Shown here: positions 59,579-64,000 of the stretch, piece after piece | Position numbering within the stretch: position 1 is the first letter of the stretch | Layout: each line of letters starts with the position of its first letter | Origin: Smithellaceae bacterium | GTDB taxonomy: Bacteria; Desulfobacterota; Syntrophia; Syntrophales; Smithellaceae | Length of the DNA: 64,000 nt | Assembly: GCA_963667845.2 (NCBI GenBank) | Contig: CAXXVL010000002.1 | Location: 3,296,001 to 3,360,000, forward strand | Direction of reading: 5' to 3' | Notes under the pieces: generated by a model | Databases searched by the model: none | Told to the model about the DNA's origin: nothing | Seen by the model: only the letters and a program-made list of their open reading frames with translations | Program-made: the position numbers and the translations under genes

Positions 59579-59926
59579 TCAATTATTGGCCGCTTCTTTG
59601 ATCCTTGCTTTTTTACCCCTCAGGTTTCTTAAATAATAAAGGCGTGAGCGGCGCACCAAACCCTTGCTAACGACTTCGACGTGGTCAATGACCGGCGAAT
59701 GCATAGGGAATGTCCTTTCCACACCCACCCCGTAGGAAACTTTTCGAACAGTGAAATTTGCCCGGCTGTTGCCACGACGTTTACGGATAACAACTCCCTC
59801 AAAAGCCTGGATTCTCTGTTTCTGGCCTTCAATGATGCGCACATATACTTTAACGGTGTCACCCGCCTTAAAGGAAGGGATATCCCCCCTCATTTGTTCT
59901 TTTTCAATCATCTCCAAAACATTCAT
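59579..59926 (-). CDS. rplS: 50S ribosomal protein L19
   Basis: [29 protein letters not shown]. Confidence 0.98.
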   Translation of the reverse strand: MNVLEMIEKEQMRGDIPSFKAGDTVKVYVRIIEGQKQRIQAFEGVVIRKRRGNSRANFTVRKVSYGVGVERTFPMHSPVIDHVEVVSKGLVRRSRLYYLRNLRGKKARIKEAANN

Positions 59927-59963
59927 TTTATATTTCCTCCCGCGATATTCGCAATATTTGTTA

Positions 59964-60545
59964 TTAAGTTGTATCTATAATTCTGTCCAAAATAACGGCA
60001 ACCGCTGACCGAACTGCCAGGTGATTGTAACCGTCTTTCCCTCGAATCGACTCAAGACGATGGTCCGCCTGGTTTACGATTTCATCTGCAATACCCGAAC
60101 CTGTACCAAAAATTAAGAGATAAGGCAAATAATTACTTTTAATGGCTTCTCTGAGTTCGCGGCATGACAGTAACTCACCCTGAAAGTTAGCTCCCGTAAC
60201 AATGATTTGCGGCTTGCAATGATTCAGCGCTCCAATTTCCTCAACCACTTCACCCAAATCAGATTTGATTTTAATTTTTTCGAAAGCGTCTTTTCTGAAT
60301 GGATTGTGAGTCGCACCGTAGCCCGTCCTCCAGTGGTCAATAATTTGGCTGGCCAGATTACGTTGAGCTTCAATCGGATTAATCAGGTAGAAAGTCTCGA
60401 CACCATAAGTTTTCGCCAATCTAGATATATCGTGAACATCCATGTTGGCAATCGCTGTGGCAACCACTTTTCTGTCTTTATTGATAACCGGATAATGTAA
60501 AAGAGCTATGTATACCTTACTGGCTTTCGGGAGCCGATCTCTCAT
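59964..60545 (-). CDS. SPOUT-type RNA methyltransferase (TrmD-associated)
   Basis: [31 protein letters not shown]. Confidence 0.85.
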   Translation of the reverse strand: MRDRLPKASKVYIALLHYPVINKDRKVVATAIANMDVHDISRLAKTYGVETFYLINPIEAQRNLASQIIDHWRTGYGATHNPFRKDAFEKIKIKSDLGEVVEEIGALNHCKPQIIVTGANFQGELLSCRELREAIKSNYLPYLLIFGTGSGIADEIVNQADHRLESIRGKDGYNHLAVRSAVAVILDRIIDTT

Positions 60546-60612
60546 AAAAAAAGCCCCCCCGACTTAAAAAAAGTTGATTTAACTACCTCAAACGCATCTG
60601 AAAATCAAGCCT

Positions 60613-61350
60613 TTATATCTGACCGAGCTTAATTTTTTCCAGGTTTTTTTTGTCTTCAGGGGACAGCTCGGCTATTTCGAGCAAATCGGGTCTTCTTTGC
60701 CAAGTCCTCTTGAGCGATTCGATTCTTTGCCAGCGCTCAATCTGGGCATGATTTCCGGATGCCAGGACCTCGGGAACATTCCAGCCCTTGTACTGTGCAG
60801 GCCTTGTGTACTGAGGATATTCCAAAAGGCCTAGGGAAAAAGATTCTCTCGTGGCAGATGCATCATTTCCCAGCACACCAGGAATCAACCTTGATACGGC
60901 ATCAATGACAACCAGAGCCGAAAGCTCCCCTCCGGTTAATATATAATCACCAATCGATATTTCCCGGTCGACCAGATGCGCACGAATTCGCTCATCCACT
61001 CCTTCATAGCGTCCGCAAATCATGATCAGCTGCTTTTGTCCGGCCAGCTCGGCGGCCATCTTCTGATTAAATGTTTCTCCCTGCGGCGTCATTAAAACAA
61101 CGAGCGATTCAACGCCTGAGCGTTTCACTGCCTTCAGGGCCCGTTCCACAGGCTCGACTTTCATGACCATCCCACAGCCGCCGCCATAAGGCGCGTCGTC
61201 CGTCATGCAATGTTTATCTTCCGCCCAATCGCGAATGTTATGCAGTCCGATTTCAATCAGCCCTTTTTCCTGAGCTTTTTTTAGAAGACTGAATTGAAGG
61301 GGAGACTGCAACATTTCCGGGAATATGGACAAGACATCAAAGCGAATCAC
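60613..61350 (-). CDS. trmD: tRNA (guanine37-N1)-methyltransferase
   Basis: [36 protein letters not shown]. Confidence 0.98.
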   Translation of the reverse strand: MIRFDVLSIFPEMLQSPLQFSLLKKAQEKGLIEIGLHNIRDWAEDKHCMTDDAPYGGGCGMVMKVEPVERALKAVKRSGVESLVVLMTPQGETFNQKMAAELAGQKQLIMICGRYEGVDERIRAHLVDREISIGDYILTGGELSALVVIDAVSRLIPGVLGNDASATRESFSLGLLEYPQYTRPAQYKGWNVPEVLASGNHAQIERWQRIESLKRTWQRRPDLLEIAELSPEDKKNLEKIKLGQI

Positions 61351-61853
61351 GGTTGCAGGCCTTCCAGCGATTTTACGATTATTCTGTGCGAGACAAGGTC
61401 TATTTTATCTATGGCATCCGCTGTGGCCGGTATGAGCAATTCTCCATTGATTCCGCGGCAAACATAAACATCATTGCTGCCCGTCGGGAAAATTGATTCT
61501 ATCTGGCCGAGATGACGACCTTCCGGAGTATAAACATCAAGCCCGATGACGTCCTGCCAGTAATACTCGTCTTCCGGCAGGTCACCGAGCATATCCCGGG
61601 GCAAAAGAAGCTTTGAGCCCACTAACGCTTGAGCCGTGTCCACATCGGAGAAGCCCGTCAATTCCAGAAACAGAAACTTCCCTTTAGGATCAAGTACTTT
61701 GATTTCGTAACGACTTTTTTGTCCGGACTTTGATTCGAGATAAACGAAATCAAGTCCGTCCAAAATATTTGGTGATTCCAAGAAGGATAGTGCTTTGAGG
61801 CAGCCTTTGAGACCGTGCGTTTTGACGATCTCCCCAAAAACAAAGAAATCCAT
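61347..61853 (-). CDS. rimM: ribosome maturation factor RimM
   Basis: [28 protein letters not shown]. Confidence 0.95.
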   Translation of the reverse strand: MDFFVFGEIVKTHGLKGCLKALSFLESPNILDGLDFVYLESKSGQKSRYEIKVLDPKGKFLFLELTGFSDVDTAQALVGSKLLLPRDMLGDLPEDEYYWQDVIGLDVYTPEGRHLGQIESIFPTGSNDVYVCRGINGELLIPATADAIDKIDLVSHRIIVKSLEGLQP

Positions 61854-61856
61854 CTC

Positions 61857-62087
61857 TTATTCAATAATTTCCAGAACAGCCCTCTTATGCACCTTGGCGG
61901 AGGTGGCGCTCAAGATCGTGCGGATGGCTTTGGCTGTCCTTCCTTGCTTGCCGATGACTTTTCCCAAGTCCTCTTTTGCAACGCGCAACTCTATAACAGA
62001 CGTCTGTTCGCCGATGACTTCAGTTACTTCCACTTTATCGGGATTATCAACTAAAGCTTGAGAGATGTACTTAATCAATTCCTTCAT
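61857..62087 (-). CDS. khpA: KH-domain RNA-binding protein
   Basis: MKELIKYI...[20 protein letters not shown] 62087 after GGAGG. Confidence 0.93.
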   Translation of the reverse strand: MKELIKYISQALVDNPDKVEVTEVIGEQTSVIELRVAKEDLGKVIGKQGRTAKAIRTILSATSAKVHKRAVLEIIE

Positions 62088-62225
62088 CGTCAGCACCTCC
62101 ATTGGTTTTTAGTTAAGGCTTCTGGAAAATGGAAAATTCGCTTCAGTATTCACACTTAAACTAATTTAACTGATGTGAGGCGAAAGTCAATATCTCGTAC
62201 CTTTACAAATAACACAACAGATTTG

Positions 62226-62480
62226 CTACTTAACGGAGGCTTCAATGCCCTTTGTTTTCAATAAATGAGATACGGTCAGTGTAGGTTTCGCACCCTTTGA
62301 CAACCAATCACGAACACGGTCTTCTTTTAAAGATATTTCTGCGGGATTCTTCTTGGGATCGTAATTCCCTAATATTTCTAAAAATTTTCCATCGCGTGGA
62401 TATTCCTTATCCGCAGCTACAATGCGATAGAACGGTTTGCCCTTAGCACCCATACGCGTTAATCTGATTTTGACTGCCAT
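62226..62480 (-). CDS. rpsP: 30S ribosomal protein S16
   Basis: MAVKIRLTRMG...PFYRIV...PRDG. Confidence 0.98.
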   Translation of the reverse strand: MAVKIRLTRMGAKGKPFYRIVAADKEYPRDGKFLEILGNYDPKKNPAEISLKEDRVRDWLSKGAKPTLTVSHLLKTKGIEASVK

Positions 62481-62548
62481 TTAGTTTTACTCCAAACCTC
62501 CTTCAAAAGAACAATAATTTAATTTTTTCTATCATAGTTTATTTTATT

Positions 62549-63877
62549 TTAAAAGGGGAAATTCCTCATCAAAGATTTTATCCCGCCTTTTTGATTTACT
62601 TTTTTCATCATTTTACGAATCTCAATATAGTTTTTTAAAAGCCGGTTGACATCCTGCACGGTCGTTCCGCTGCCTAAAGCGATTCTTTTGCGCCGGCGGC
62701 CGTCAATGATCAGATAGTTGGCTCGTTCTTTCCTGGTCATGGAATCAATCATGGCCGTAATTTTAACCAGTTCCCCGTCATCCGGCTCCACATCTTTGAG
62801 GGCTTTGATTTTGCTCATCCCCGGAATCATCCCCATCATGTCTTTCAACGAACCCATTTTTTTGATTTGTTGAAGCTGATTGCGGAAATCGTCCAGTGAA
62901 AAATCGCTTTTTCGAAGACTCTGCTGCATTTCCCGGGCGGTTTTTTCATCAATGCTGGCCTGCGCTTTTTCCACCAGTGATAAGATATCCCCCATTCCGA
63001 GAATCCGGGAAGCCATTCTCTCCGGATGAAACACCTCCAGTGCATCAATCTTCTCTCCGACGCCGACAAATTTGAGGGGTTTGCCGACCACGGCTTTGAG
63101 AGACAAGGCCGCACCCCCGCGTGCATCGCCATCCATTTTGGTCATAATAACGCCGTCAATTCCGATCAGTTCATTAAATTTTGATCCGACGTTTACGGCA
63201 TCCTGACCCGTCATCGCGTCAGCGACGTAAAGAATTTCCGCAGGAGCGACCTTATCCTTAATTTTACGAAGCTCGTCCATCAGCAAATCGTCAATATGCA
63301 AGCGGCCCGCTGTGTCGATAATGACGACTTCGTAACCTTCTCTTTTTGCCTGTTCAAGTGCTTCTATGCAAATTTTGACCGGATCGCGAAGCGTACCGGC
63401 GTCGAACACACCCACGTTAATCTGTCTGCCTAAAACAGCCAACTGCTCCATCGCCGCGGGGCGGTAAACGTCAACAGAGACCAGATAGACTCTCTTTTCT
63501 CTGGACAGCAGTCTGGCCAGTTTGGCCGCCGTCGTCGTTTTTCCACAACCCTGCAGGCCGACAAGCATGATCGCAGCAGGAATCCTGGAGCCGAATTTAA
63601 TATTCGCGCTTGTACTGCCCATTAATTCGACGAGACGATCGTGGACGATCTTAACCACCTGTTGTCCCGGCGTAATACTTTCGAGTACCTCTTTGCCGAT
63701 GGCGCGCGCGCGCACATCCTCAATAAAATCCTTAACCACCTTGAAGTTAACATCTGCTTCCAGGAGTGCCATACGGATTTCCTTGAGTGCGGCATTCACG
63801 CTTTCCTCATTGAGTACGCCGCGTCCTTTGAGCTTCTTGAAAATACCTTCCAGTTTTTCCGCTAAATTCTCGAACAT
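62549..63877 (-). CDS. ffh: signal recognition particle protein
   Basis: GLQGCGKTT, DTAGR, TKMDGDARGG, RILGMGD, M domain. Confidence 0.98.
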   Translation of the reverse strand: MFENLAEKLEGIFKKLKGRGVLNEESVNAALKEIRMALLEADVNFKVVKDFIEDVRARAIGKEVLESITPGQQVVKIVHDRLVELMGSTSANIKFGSRIPAAIMLVGLQGCGKTTTAAKLARLLSREKRVYLVSVDVYRPAAMEQLAVLGRQINVGVFDAGTLRDPVKICIEALEQAKREGYEVVIIDTAGRLHIDDLLMDELRKIKDKVAPAEILYVADAMTGQDAVNVGSKFNELIGIDGVIMTKMDGDARGGAALSLKAVVGKPLKFVGVGEKIDALEVFHPERMASRILGMGDILSLVEKAQASIDEKTAREMQQSLRKSDFSLDDFRNQLQQIKKMGSLKDMMGMIPGMSKIKALKDVEPDDGELVKITAMIDSMTRKERANYLIIDGRRRKRIALGSGTTVQDVNRLLKNYIEIRKMMKKVNQKGGIKSLMRNFPF

Positions 63878-64000
63878 ACTTAAAACCTTTATTGATTGTT
63901 TCTAGCCGGCATCCTGAGTGTCAGGCCGGATGATGCAATTTGTTTTGACCTTTTTGGAAATTTTATCGGCCGCAGTCTGCGCCAGCGCTTTCGACTTAAA

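Overview
64 kb of a bacterial chromosome, by gene content most likely a syntrophic deltaproteobacterium of the Smithella/Syntrophus type (inference). 1-25 kb is accessory acyl-CoA metabolism: a CoA ligase, two 2-hydroxyacyl-CoA dehydratase/benzoyl-CoA reductase-like subunits, two activases and an acyl-CoA dehydrogenase, divergent from an unannotated 742-aa protein that reads as HTH + degenerate class III cyclase + TPR; then SDR, HU, nifU-nifS-cysE, MBL hydrolases, a DnaJ-domain protein, a Tat flavoprotein, thiolase and a FabK/NMO flavoprotein. 25.55-32.39 kb is the highlight: a ~6.8 kb AT-rich element integrated in the 3' end of the tmRNA gene (ssrA, minus strand 32359-32710). It carries a tyrosine integrase, AlpA, an RHH regulator, a Rep_trans-like rolling-circle initiator, a CoiA-like nuclease and an RloA/RloB (AbiL-like) pair, with no virion or conjugation genes. 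It lies in tandem with a decayed copy of a related integrase. Its displaced att copy lacks exactly the U of the G3:U alanylation determinant, its ends carry TGATACC arm-like repeats, and the SD sequences of its last three genes sit in hairpins. 32.9-64 kb is mostly core: smpB, ttcA, eno, plsB, ptsI/HPr/EIID, ihfA-pheTS-rplT-rpmI-infC (ATA start)-thrS, tRNA-Val(GAC), rsmI, uxs/ugd and the ffh-rpsP-khpA-rimM-trmD-rplS-rnhB-yraN block. No CRISPR array or rRNA seen. All family calls are by motif recognition; no database searches were run.
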